Shown here: positions 23,301 to 35,300 of the stretch, piece after piece
Numbering within the stretch: the stretch's first letter is position 1
Layout of the letters: the number at the start of each line of letters is the position of its first letter
Made by a program: the position numbers and the translations under genes
Notes under the pieces: model-generated
Told to the model about the DNA's origin: nothing
What the model saw: the letters and a program-made list of their open reading frames with translations, nothing else
Database searches by the model: none
Assembly (NCBI GenBank): GCA_965637545.1
Contig: OZ281500.1
Coordinates: 4,588,001 to 4,652,000, forward strand
Direction: 5' to 3'
Source: Phallusia mammillata
Lineage: Eukaryota
Length of the DNA stretch: 64,000 nt

Positions 23301-26300
23301 TTTCATCGTCGTTGTTGTCACCAAAAACGTCTCGTAAAGTGGTGATATGTGCCTGGAAAACTTTCGGAAAAGTACTGGTAGTGTTCCCAAGATTTTATCG
23401 ATTGGTTGGCGCGTTTGATTGGTCTATTTCAGCAGCTGTTAACAGTTTGTCTCCTGCGTCAGTTATATCGATTTTTTTTGTGTAAAAAGCTTCTAAACTT
23501 GGGTTGATAAATTGACAGAAATAGAAAATGTTTTCTATGATTCTGAAAGAACGACGTTGGATTGGTCTAATCTTGTCGCTTACACACTCAACAGAGCTTA
23601 ACTGTGTCCATTCACGACAATAATTCCCCCGCATCAATTAGAACATCTTTTCCGGGACCGCCCCTTCCGTAACTGCAAGCTGTTGCGCAACCGCGAGGTG
23701 GGCGTTCCCTTTAGCGTGTCCTTCTTGTTTGTTCCTTCTAGGTTAAAAAATTAGGAACTGAATTTGTTAATTACAATGTGGCAGGTACACGCGATCGATT
23801 TTACGCGCTATTTGTAACAGGAGAACTAGAATGTTTGCTACAAATCTAATTTAAATCGTTAACACAAGTTGTGTACACGATAAACCGGTATCTCCGTCTA
23901 TAAGTTTTCTACAGGCTATTACAGTTCGATACAAGCAGCATTTTCTAAAAATAAAGGTGACCACATGTCGCACTTTTTGTCAGCCACGTCAAATAACACA
24001 GAGGCACAAATACTGTAGCAATATTCTGACATTAGGATGTATTAATTTAGGGTTATTACATTTTGAAAATCGATAGCATTGATTTTTAATATACGCCCCT
24101 AACGATCTCTGCGGTCGATCGTCGATTTATTTAGGTCAATGCGTACTTTGCACTGTTTAAGATTTGCAAACGTCATTGCGTTTCGAATGATAAAAATCAC
24201 CATTCATCGCTTCGGGGGCTTTAAAATGCTGAGTCATCGCCTTCGTAAGCAGCATGACATAGTTGTAATTTTTCCTTTTACGTACCCACTACGTTGCATT
24301 GTCACGAAAGCAATTAGGGTTATATCTTATAAAACCGGCCTGAGTAATTGTATTGCGTAGCAGTTGTATGACGACACTGGAGTAAAAACAAACATTTCTA
24401 CAATATCCCTGTTATGTTAAATTAAGTACATTGAGTTTTAAGTGTGCGGAGGTGTGGTATGAGTTGTAAGTCGTGCCGCTGGTTCGCGCTTCAGTTTATA
24501 ATAAAGCAAGCTTGATTTGTGTCCGATTTCACAGTTTGTCATATTTGTGCTGTACCATACCATAGGAAATCCAGCCTTCGGAATCAATTGGGCATATGTT
24601 TCACAAACGTTGAGTTTTGGGCTTCTACTTTCGGGTGCCGCTTAAACTCTGGTTGTTTATAACTTTCCAAGTGATTTTTAATCTATAAAATTCGCACTGA
24701 AAACTGTAACTTTAACCCCAGCCCTGAAGTAGTGAACAGAAACGGGAAGTGGTAAACTGACACCGCTATTGCTTGTGCACAACGACACACATTGGGGGTC
24801 TTCCTTAGTTAATACCCAAAGGCCAAAACCTTAATAAAGTGTATAGTTCTTTATTATGCCGTGCAGATAAATTGGTGCAAATAGTGACAAAATTGTGTAA
24901 AAAAATAACACGTAAAAACGTTAAAGACTCTTGGCCTGATTTGTATAGTTTGTTCTTTTATTGGCATGATTATTTACGCCCAGTACTGATCACTGTGTTT
25001 TCCCTTACATAACCAAACATACTGTTGGTTATCTCTTGACTTATCTTGCATTATTTTCAACTTTGCATATGTGGGGACCCACGAGTTTCTGCCTGCTGAA
25101 ACAACTAGTGTTGTAAAAGACGCTGACTAACATGGGACCCAATATAATATTAAGTGTAGGGAATGTATTAACGTTTCAAAATAGGCAACGGTGTATGTGC
25201 AATGGCAAAATGTGCTAAGCCACCCTTCTAGTTATACTCGTTTATACATTAGCAATACTCGTTTATTCATTTTGCCTGGCAGCAACAGCTTGTTTGTCGA
25301 CTTGTCTTGTGTTGGAAAAAAGCGTTACACAGCCACAACGTGTGTTGCGTAATATCCTTTAGTTCTGTTGAAATTTGCGGGTTTTACACCCCGGACATGT
25401 GCTTCTGAGTTTGTTTGAATTTGAATGTCATTGATCGATTTTACCCCTTCGTTTATGGATGTTCATTGTGGTCACGGCTCAAAGTTGTTTTGTCTTCCGA
25501 ATTGTTTTTGCATACTAAGCATAAATCACATGGATGTGAAATTAACACAGGTGTATTGGATCTAAAACAACAAACAAAAAATGCATCAAGATTTTTTTAC
25601 ATACAAGTCTGAAGAGATAATTAGCCAAAGAATATTTATTCTCTGTTAATTGTATTTTTATGGACAAACCAGTCAATGAACTAAACTAGTATGGTTCTTT
25701 TAAATGAAGCAATACGTTTTAGGGAAAGTGTACTTGGACATATGTGACACAAATTATACAGCACACAATTTGAAAACAGCCTGTATTTTCCACGCTCCAA
25801 ATTATCGTTTAAATATCAAAATATTAATAATAATAAATCGCTTAAAAACAATTCACTAATGGAATTTATTTAATTCTAAAAAATCTTACGATTTGCGTCC
25901 TATTACATCACGTGGCAATTGCGCACGTGTTTATCAATGACGCATTTTACGCTTACGTCACGTGCATTATTAATGACAAGCGATTGTGACGTCATACGCA
26001 GGTAACTGTGACAGCGCCGATGGAGATTTTGAAGATATACGGGCAAGACGCTGGAAGGGTGAAGGCCATATCTAGTAAGTATACTTATAGAATCAAAAAC
26101 GTTTTTTTAATTTTTGTTTGGCTAAATCAGAAAAAAAAACTCCTTGGACGGTTCATTTTTGTTTTTGGCAATGCGTAACGTGCTGCAAAATCACTTAACT
26201 GAATTGTTTGTGTTAAATACGCTAATCGTACAATTAGCATAAAGGCTTGTTTCTTCCTGACGGGGGATTTCCCCGTTGGATTAGGTCGTTAATATGGATT

Positions 26301-29300
26301 ATGGGCTTTTAGTTTATTGTTATTGCATTGATTGGCACACACAATGCGGCTCTAATAAGCAACTATAGAGTTCGATAAAACCCGATTAACAATAAGTAAT
26401 TGCTAATAGCCAGTGCTTGCTTGGTAAAAACACGAGGCTTAGGCACTGAAAATGAAAATCGATTTTTGCGGACTTAACGGGAGTGTTTTGCGTTGTGTGA
26501 AAAAGTGCTACAGTTGAATCACGTTAATGGATAAACGTCTGTTCCGTACCTTTCAAGTTTTCGAAAATGTTTTTTTAACATTGTTATATTAATATATTAA
26601 CCCAGTGCTTTTTTTGTTGCGACTCCCCTGGACAAGTTTTTCTGCACTTGCGACGCACAAGCAATTAAAAGTTAATGAGAAAACTTAATATTAAAGTTGT
26701 GTTTATTGGTACAAGAACAAAAAGCCACGAAACGGAACTATTCTGCGACGCTATTCAGTTTGAGAACTATTCAGTTTTGAGAACTACTGTATTTACCCAT
26801 TAAAGTAGGTAAAACTAATTTGAAACATCATTCAAAAAACGCGGTGTTTGCAAATTTTGCCCCGTAAAAGCCTAGACAGTTTCTGCAAGCAATGCTCCTT
26901 CTTAGCCAGTGTTTTTAGCCGGAAATTATTCCATACTGTCAACCTCGTTTAACCCGTTTAGATCAGTGGTTCCCAAACTATGGGCCATGGCCCAGTACTA
27001 GGCCACCAAGACATTTTCAATGGGCCACAGAGCCATTTGAACAGATTCTACTGTTTTGTTATAGTGTAGATATTATGCGCTTTGTTTTGAAAAACATAAT
27101 ATTTGCAAAGAATTCCGAATCTTGTAGCCAAATTTCAGGAGCATGTATCTCATTAAAAATAAATTGCTAGAAACCATTTCGCCTGTTTTTGAGTTATTTT
27201 TTTTGTTTGTGCCCAAATTTACAGCACGCGGTGGGCCACGAATCGCTATTAAATAGACATTTGGGCCACAGACCAAAAAAGTTTGAGAACCCCTGGTTTA
27301 GATCAAACAATTTGTCCGAATTAGGCGAAGATCCGGGTTAACCAAATCCTGTTTTACCGAGCTACTTTTACTGTAAACCGGTTATGCTAGCTTTAACACG
27401 CAATCAACACAAACGCTTTGGGACAGATCCAAATTTTTAATAAGTCCGCTAGTATTTAATTGCTAGCTTTCGACATTTTTTGAGCTTTAATATGTGTTTT
27501 AGCGATCGGTGGAACCAAGAAGAACGCACTTCGAGTCGTGTACGAGCGCCACGGCCTGCCTGGTTTCTGGAAAGGTCTGCCAGCAACACTCGCAAGGTAA
27601 GAAGTAGTTCTTCTTACACCACTTCAAGTATAATTCGATTGCTATTTCGCGCTCCGTAACATTTCAATGCTGCGCAGTTATTTCTGTCTCTCCGCTTGTT
27701 TCAGGGTTATTATGTCGCTACAAATCATTTCACAGCGCAAGCGAAACTAAATAAAGTTAAACCATAAAGTGTTTGAGCTTATTAATATTTTATTCGTTTT
27801 GCATTCATTACTGAGGTCTATGGCACTTATTAATATTTCATTTTTCCTGCGGTTTTGTCACGTTCACTTATCTAGTCTTATTATTTTGCACTTTTACTAG
27901 AGCAAACTTTACATGGGTTTGCGCTTGAAGTGGGGAACCTTACCACGGGGTAAAAAAGTTATCCAGTGTCGTAGCCTCTTGATGATTGGTTTAAAATTAA
28001 AATATGTGTGTTATCCCAGTTAAGACTTCTTTAACTTACAGCAGTGCTATTGGCGCCTTTATGTTCACATTTCATTCATATACATATACTCGTACTTCAA
28101 ATTTTAAATTAGAATCACCCAGCTTGTTGCTAGGTGGGTGAAGATTATAATCAACCTTTACCTGTAGATTGAGGTTCATGAAAAAAATTTCATTTGTCCT
28201 TACGGATTTGAAATTTAATATTTCACCTTAACAGCGCCATAGAAATAGCTATTTGATTTAGATACTAATATTGCTAATAACACGAAATATACTTATATAT
28301 ACCTCAAAATTGTAAGGACGAATGACTTAATGTTTTTTATGAACTTAATTCTTTTATACTACAATTTGATCACAAATGTTCATAAAAGACAAACACGTTT
28401 CGTCATTGCTTTTACGTTTATAAAGTTTTGAACATGTATTTCAACAGAGATGTTCCTTTCTCTATGATTTACTTTCCGCTGTTCGCCCAATTCAACAAAT
28501 TTGGTTTGACTGATCTGGACTCAACTCGATCCCCTTTCATTGTCACCCTTGCATCTGGTATCGCTGCTGCAGCAATCTCAGCAGTGGCTGTCAACCCCTT
28601 CGATGGTGAGGGTCCATTTAACTGCTAATTTTTTTTTTCTTGAACTTCTGCGTTTAGACATGTTCGTACTTTATAAAGTTTCTAGAAAAATCGCTAAGAG
28701 ATAACCTATACCTTTTTGGGGAAAGTTGTTGTGTATGAAAATTTCTAAAAGTTTTACTAAAAAAATGTTGATGACGTCATCACATACAAATAACGTCATT
28801 TTGTTTGTATTTTTTCAGAAAAAAAACGCCATTTAAAAGCGTTTTTCACCATAAATATTAGTTTTTAAAGTCGTTAATAATTGCGAACATAAAATTTGCT
28901 TTATCCGGCATGTTGTGAAAAAGATATAAAACGCACCAATCTCACATACGTTTTTCACCTGATAAAAATTTACTTGTTTTAAAACCTTATCTAAGTTATG
29001 GTGTTGTCTGTATGGTTCATGTGGTTTGAAAGGTTAAAAATGATTGGGATGTAAAAATGTTTGTTTAACGTGCTAAATGATAGTTTGTGTGGCTAAAATT
29101 AGACTTGTGTGGTTATCAAGGATTAAAAAATGGTTTTAAGCTGGTTAAATATGGTTTGGATGGTTTAAAATGGTTGTAGGCTGTTTAAAATGGTTTGGAT
29201 GGTCGAAATGATTTTAGGCTGGTTAAATATGGTTTGGATGATTGAAAATGGATTGGGTCAGAAGCAGTTAGCTTCCGTGGTAAATGGTAGCTTGTGTGGG

Positions 29301-30307
29301 TAGTATTCGAATTGTGGCGTAAATGTAGATAAAAATTGTCGAAAAAGTTAGTTACATTAAAAATATGCAAGCTTACTATATCAAAAATCGAAACACTCCA
29401 TCTATTTATTTACTTTTTTCAGTGGTAAAGACTCGTCTTCAATCAATCCACAGAGCTACAGACAACTATGCTGGCATGATAGACTGCTTCAGGTATATCT
29501 CTTTTTTTATTTTTTTGTTTTATCTTATCTCGATCGGTGAGGTTTTATCGCGTAACACTGGGTTGGACAACTTGCGTTTCATAAACTTTATCGTAAACTT
29601 TACTAAAATAGATCACTGCATGGGCCTGAGTTGAAAACGGGCCTAAACTCATAGCCCGAGCCCGAAAGTACAAGCCCGAAACCCAGTCCGAATGTTTGAT
29701 TGACAGGCGTATACATTAAAGCCTCATCAGTAACGACCAAGACAACAAACACAATAGACAATTGGTCTTAAACAAGGCGTTTTAGGGCCTGTTGGACATT
29801 AGGTGAGGTTCATCAACCGGCTACTGTAATAGTATACTTTTTTTAAATAAATACTGACACATTTATTAAAAAAATACTGACACAGAGTGTAAAGTCAAAC
29901 CCGAATCCAGCCCGTTTTTTTAGAAACCTAAGCCCGAACCCAGCCCCAACTTACAACTCTACTGTTGCACACCCATTTCGGAGATTATGCTTATGTGCGA
30001 AATGGGTGCTATTTGTAATATAAGTGACAGGAATAAAGTTACTGAAAAACTTCACTAAGATCCTAAGGTTTGCGCAAGTTGATTACTTTTTTCTGTGTCC
30101 ACTTTAAAAAGTCAATTTTTGTACTTAATATGTTATTTTATCGCGTCATATAGGCGCATTTACAGGGAGGAAGGATTCCGATCATTTTACCGCGGCATCG
30201 GGCCGCGCATGCTTGCCATAGCGCCTCTCTTCGGCATAGCGCAATCCGTCTACTACTTCGGACTGGCAGAGGATCTTTTGGGGATTCCCCAGCTTCGTCC
30301 AATCTGA
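17389..30307 (+). CDS. SLC25A22: Mitochondrial glutamate carrier (SLC25A22/SLC25A18 orthologue), ~298 aa
   Basis: Exons 17389-17405 (MEDEQ; least certain), 19346-19474, 20830-20885, 21056-21201, 26002-26074, 27503-27596, 28448-28605, 29423-29492, 30154-30307; 897 nt. Three carrier signatures: [28 protein letters not shown]1-typical motifs [28 protein letters not shown] and [15 protein letters not shown]. Confidence 0.95.
17617..17935. repeat. Foldback-like element: tandem ~20-bp units (tcacttggtgcac) in inverted arms
   Basis: The left arm repeats cttggtgca and the right arm repeats tgcaccaag. Perfect 16-bp central stem, 17743-17758 / 17769-17784, with a 10-nt loop. Confidence 0.8.
22200..23700 (-). 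pseudogene. Decayed coding-like relic (probably transposon-derived) in SLC25A22 intron 4
   Basis: Several stop-interrupted minus-strand frames (22264-22527, 22722-23186, 23395-23637), no clear splice structure, family not established. Confidence 0.3.
26964..27295. mobile_element. hAT/Buster-type MITE, 332 bp (copy A)
   Basis: TIRs cagtggttcccaaact / agtttgagaacccctg; perfect TSD gtttagat; nearly identical to 47074-47402. Confidence 0.95.
29128..29258. repeat. 39-bp minisatellite (~3 units)
   Basis: atggtttggatg recurs at 29151, 29190 and 29229. Confidence 0.75.
29620..29961. mobile_element. Degraded ccga-motif element (copy 2 of 3)
   Basis: agcccgagcccgaaagtacaagcccgaaaccc is the approximate reverse complement of 5880-5920. 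The right end aacttacaactcta matches the family terminus. Confidence 0.55.
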
Positions 30308-32323
30308 TAACGACACGTCTGCTAGTTTGCTGTAGTTTCTGCGCTCTGTTGCCATCTTGCGGCGGAACTGTTCGTTTTTTGCTGCTTGGAAGGCACGGGG
30401 CTTGTGGGTTAAGATTAAGAGTACAAGTAAAATGTATTTTAAAGGGGAAATACGGTATAATTATTGCCTTTTGTTGGAAAGTTACCAACTACTGAATTCA
30501 AAAATTCACAATCCGCGTTCCTTCACAGCAGCCATTTCCTTCAATCAAATATTCGTTTGGAGTTCAAAATTTTTCATTTCTTTGTTTTGTCGCACTGTGC
30601 CACGCCTGCTTCACACCCATGCTCCATAAAGGTGCTACGCAGCCAAAATGGTAAGAAACGCCATATTCTTCACTATCCATACTTGTTAAGATACAACGCC
30701 CAGTGCGCTATGTTCCAATGCCTGGAAATGGACCTTTCTAACATACACTTGTCTGTGCTGTACATAGAATTGCCGATATACATTTTCTGTGTAAACGTAC
30801 TCTTTATGTTTAGATTGTCTGAATGTCGAAGTTGCCAATGTACAAAGATATTTTGCTGTACATGAAAAGGAGCCTTAAGTAATTTATTTTGTGTGGTTCA
30901 TATTTTTGTCGGAATATATTTTCAGTCGTAAAGGTTTATTTATTTTTCACGTGTGAAACAAAATTTTGTCCACCAAAAGTCTATTGTTCTTTTTCAAATT
31001 TTTTACCTGCTCTCTTGCTCGCTTTAGCGGTGCTTTGGATCGTGCATTAAAATTGCTTGGTGTGGCGCTTTTTCACAATCCTTTCCAAATTTTACTTCGG
31101 CTTTTCTGTCCAAAAAGGGTTTATTGTTTTCCTTGCTGCTTTGCTCTTTATTCAAAAACGGCTTTTTTGGCTTTTTCCTGCAACTCTTTAAAAAAACGTG
31201 AAATTTTTACAAATTTAAGTTGTTGAATATTTTGTGACGTCAAACCTCAAGCCATGGTGCCCCGAACACTTTTCGTTCTTAGACAAAATTGAATTTCTAA
31301 ATTAACTCGTACAAAAGACTGTAAACGCAATGCACCCAACACTATCTTACAAGTCTCAATCTTCCATAAAATCCCTTGCCTGTTTTTCGTCAATTTGATT
31401 TTACTTTATTTTGACTGTGAGTTTTGTGCTACGTACATGTCTAAAAAAGCAACAATTCGGTCAAAGGATTCTTAAATGGCCATCCAAAATGCCCCTTTCG
31501 TTAGGCTGGATCTAAAACGTATACTTTTCCGTAGAATCTTGTTACCAATTCTTGTTCTTGACATTCAAACTCGTACACATTTCTTAAGCAGAAAATTTCA
31601 CTTATAGCCTGTACTGATGGACATACTTGTGTGCGATTTTAACAGCTAGCAACGAGCGTGCAATAACGTGTTGCCTTGCTTTAGTGCATGGTGGGTGTTA
31701 TGGATACATCGTTTCTTTTAAGTGTTTGTTCTTCGTTTGTCGGATACTTCAAATACACGATGTTCTTTTTCATGTTAATTTTCGTTTTTCTTTTTGTGTA
31801 GTTAGGTTAAGCTATAAAAACTAATATAATGGAAATATAGGTTATATGTGTGAGTTAGCCTGTGCAAAAATACTGATTAAATAGTTATGTTTGGAAAAAA
31901 ATACTGATAATATTGTTAAAAAAATTACACATGTAAAAACTTTTCTTGTCACTCCCCAGATATTTTTTTGTATTTGACTGACCCGATGTGAAAACGATTC
32001 GCATCAATGCACATGCTTACTTGCCACGTGCAAAGCTGCAAAGAAGCGAGGTAGTAAAATGCTTTACGAGTTTTTATCTAAAATGCGCCGCTTGAAAAAT
32101 TGTCGGAAAATGTATTGTATCAGTATGTCATAGACGAAGGTTTAATTACCAAAATAAGAATGGTTATTAAAGTATTTTTTTCTAGAGCGTAAGATCTAAG
32201 ATGCCTAACAAAACGAATTTTGTAAATTTTTAAAAATAGACTTGTTTTTAAGGTGTAACAAGTGTAGATATTTGTATATATTTCGTGTGTAGTTAATGTG
32301 ATTAATCACACTACTAATTCATA

Positions 32324-35300
32324 ATGGCACCAAGATCTGCACCACAAGAGGAGGAAAGAAGGGGAATTCGAGCAATTCTTCTGGGACCCCCAGGAGCTGG
32401 AAAAGGGACCCAGGTCATTTTTTGACAGAAGTTTACCTTATAATTTTTGCAATATAAATACAGCTGTATCCATTAAAATTAAAGATTTAAAGAATCCACA
32501 ATGTGGTAAGATGCATTAGTTAATTTGCAAAAAAAATTGGTTACTGAAAAAATTGGAATAGGCAACACAAATGATGTTTATTGCCATTTTGTGATAAAAA
32601 TAGATAAAGATAAACGGTTGCTACTCGGGGGTAATTTTTGTTCTGTCAATTAAAAATGTGAGTTGTTTTAAGAACATTAATTATTATATTGACAGTGTAC
32701 AACAATAAAATTGTCTTATGTTTAAGAAACGAGTATTTCATTAATTTTACCCATTATTTAATATAAACAGTGTATGTCAAATTTTTGAACAAGCAAAAAA
32801 ATGTATTCCTATTACATATTGTTTTGTTCAGGCTCCAAAATTAGCGGAAAAGTTTTGCGCTTGTCATCTTGCTACTGGAGATATGCTCCGTGCACTTGTT
32901 AGTGGTGGATCAGCTCTTGGTGCAAGAGTAAAATCGGTAAGTTTAATCACTGAACTTCGTTTCAATTTGCATGACAACTGAAGTACTTTAGCATTAATTT
33001 AATTCAGTGGTTCCCAACATGGCGTTCGTGAGATGATTTTTGGGGGTCTGTGGAGGCAAACATTCTTAGTTCCATTAACCAATAGCACAATATTTTTACA
33101 TTTCCAAACTGTTTTTACAATCCTGCATATGAATGCAAACTGTTTATCAAACCTCTGGATCAGGAAAACTTATTTTTCTGTGATTGTTACCTACATTGTG
33201 ACATCACAACACACATGAACAATACAATTTAGAATGCTTTGTTCCCAGTTTTGTACACTGGAAAGTTTCTCTTTGTTGCATTGACTGCTGCAGAACAGAA
33301 CTTCATTTGAGATTTATTTAAGGACTGTGAAGTTTGACTAAAATGCTGCCCAAAATAGCGAAAGTATAACAATGTATAATGCAAGAAACAAAAAACATAA
33401 AAAGACCTACAGTAAATTAGTTGAGGGTCCGCATACCTATAAAATTTTTAAAAGGGGTTTGTGACTACAAAAAGGTTGGGAACCACCGATTTAGTTATAT
33501 CGGTTTCCAGGGCAAGTTGCTGGTGTTGTGGTAAATAAATACGTTCAATATTTAATTACAGTTGTTAAACATTTACTTTAAGACTCTTAAATAAACTAAC
33601 AATTTTTTTGCCATTTATCTTATTTTTAGTACCGTATTTTACGGACCATAAGGCGCAATTTAAATCCTTTTTTTCCTCATAAATTGATCGTGCGCCTTAT
33701 AAGCCGGTGCGCCTAATGTATGGATCAAGTAGTACTTAATTGCCTAGGCTACACTCAAAACCAGTACCGATACTATTATTATATAAATAAACCACCGACT
33801 TACACAATAAACTACGGTAAAGGCAACTAGCAACTGTGATATTCAGAGCTTTATGAGCTTTATATGGTAACCCATACTCCTTAAAATACGTTGCGTTCTA
33901 TAGTCCGGTGCGCCTTATGTATAAACAAAAAACTAATCAAAGCAATTTATTGACAGTGCGCCTTATAATCGGGTGCGCTTTATGGTCCGTAAAATACAGT
34001 AGATTAGCAATTGACCTATATATATATGTATATACATATACAATAGAATATCGGTGATTAGTTCAAGGTATATGTTTACTATAAGTTTAGTACCGCAAAT
34101 GTATGGACACCCTTGTTTTATAAACATATACAGCACCACACAAAAAGTTTAGTTTTTGTGACTAAATGAATATATACATAACAAAATTCCTGCACTCAAT
34201 TTGTGTCATCGTGAACCCACTGTCGATAGAATTATTTAGAGTCGAGAGTTAGTTTCAGCATTTAAATGTTTTTTAATACATAGATAAGTCCTGTTGTAAA
34301 ATTGGTAATATAGCCCAGACTTGAATCATTTATTACTATTGTGTGTAAACCTCTTAAAAGAAATTGCTTTTTAACAACTCCATTTATTTGAAATCTCACA
34401 TGCGCAAAACGGGTTGGGTGTTTTTAACTTTTTAGTTTACATATTTCAGTGTTATATTTTATTAAGGTTATGGATGCTGGAAAGCTGGTTAGTGATGAAC
34501 TTGTTGTAGAAATGATTGATCAAAATCTTGACAAACCTGAATGTAGGAAAGGTTTTCTACTTGATGGCTTTCCTAGGACGGTTGTCCAAGCTGAAAAGGT
34601 AATATATTAAATGCTTCACAATATTAATATTCAACTTGACTTGATTGCACAGCTGATATGTATAATTTTATGTCATTGTAGCTGTGTATGAGGCATATTC
34701 TGTTACTTAGCAACTGTCGTTGTGTTCTTCAGAATGTTTGTAGCAAACAATGTTGGAAATCTGGTTTGTGGCAAAGGTTTTGGTTGCCAAATACAATGCT
34801 TCTTTTATCTGGTCAAGTTAGAACCATATTTGTTAGAAATTTAACCTGTTAAGCAAAACAGTAGATAATTGCAATCACATGTTAAACCACATGCGTTTAT
34901 TTGGCTTCAATAGAAAATGATATTTAACATTAAAAAATGCCTGATAAATATTAGGCCATATAAAAAGTAAGATAAGAAAGGTATTTATTTTGTGAGATGT
35001 TTTTGGTTGCTAATGCAATAATTTTTTTTTTAGAATGTAACGAAATAAATATTGTAAGTTTTTAAATAACCTGCTTTTAATAATAATGTGCCATTTTTGT
35101 TATAGCTTGATGATTTGCTGGAGAAAAGAAACAGCAAATTAGATTCCGTTGTCGAATTCAAAATAGATGATTCCCTTCTTGTAAGCAGAATATGTGGAAG
35201 GTAAGCATAACCTTTTGCACTAGTTTCAAACCAAATAGGAAATCATGGTTTTCAAACTAATTTTAATACATAAACATGTTCAATCTGGCTTTCATATTGC

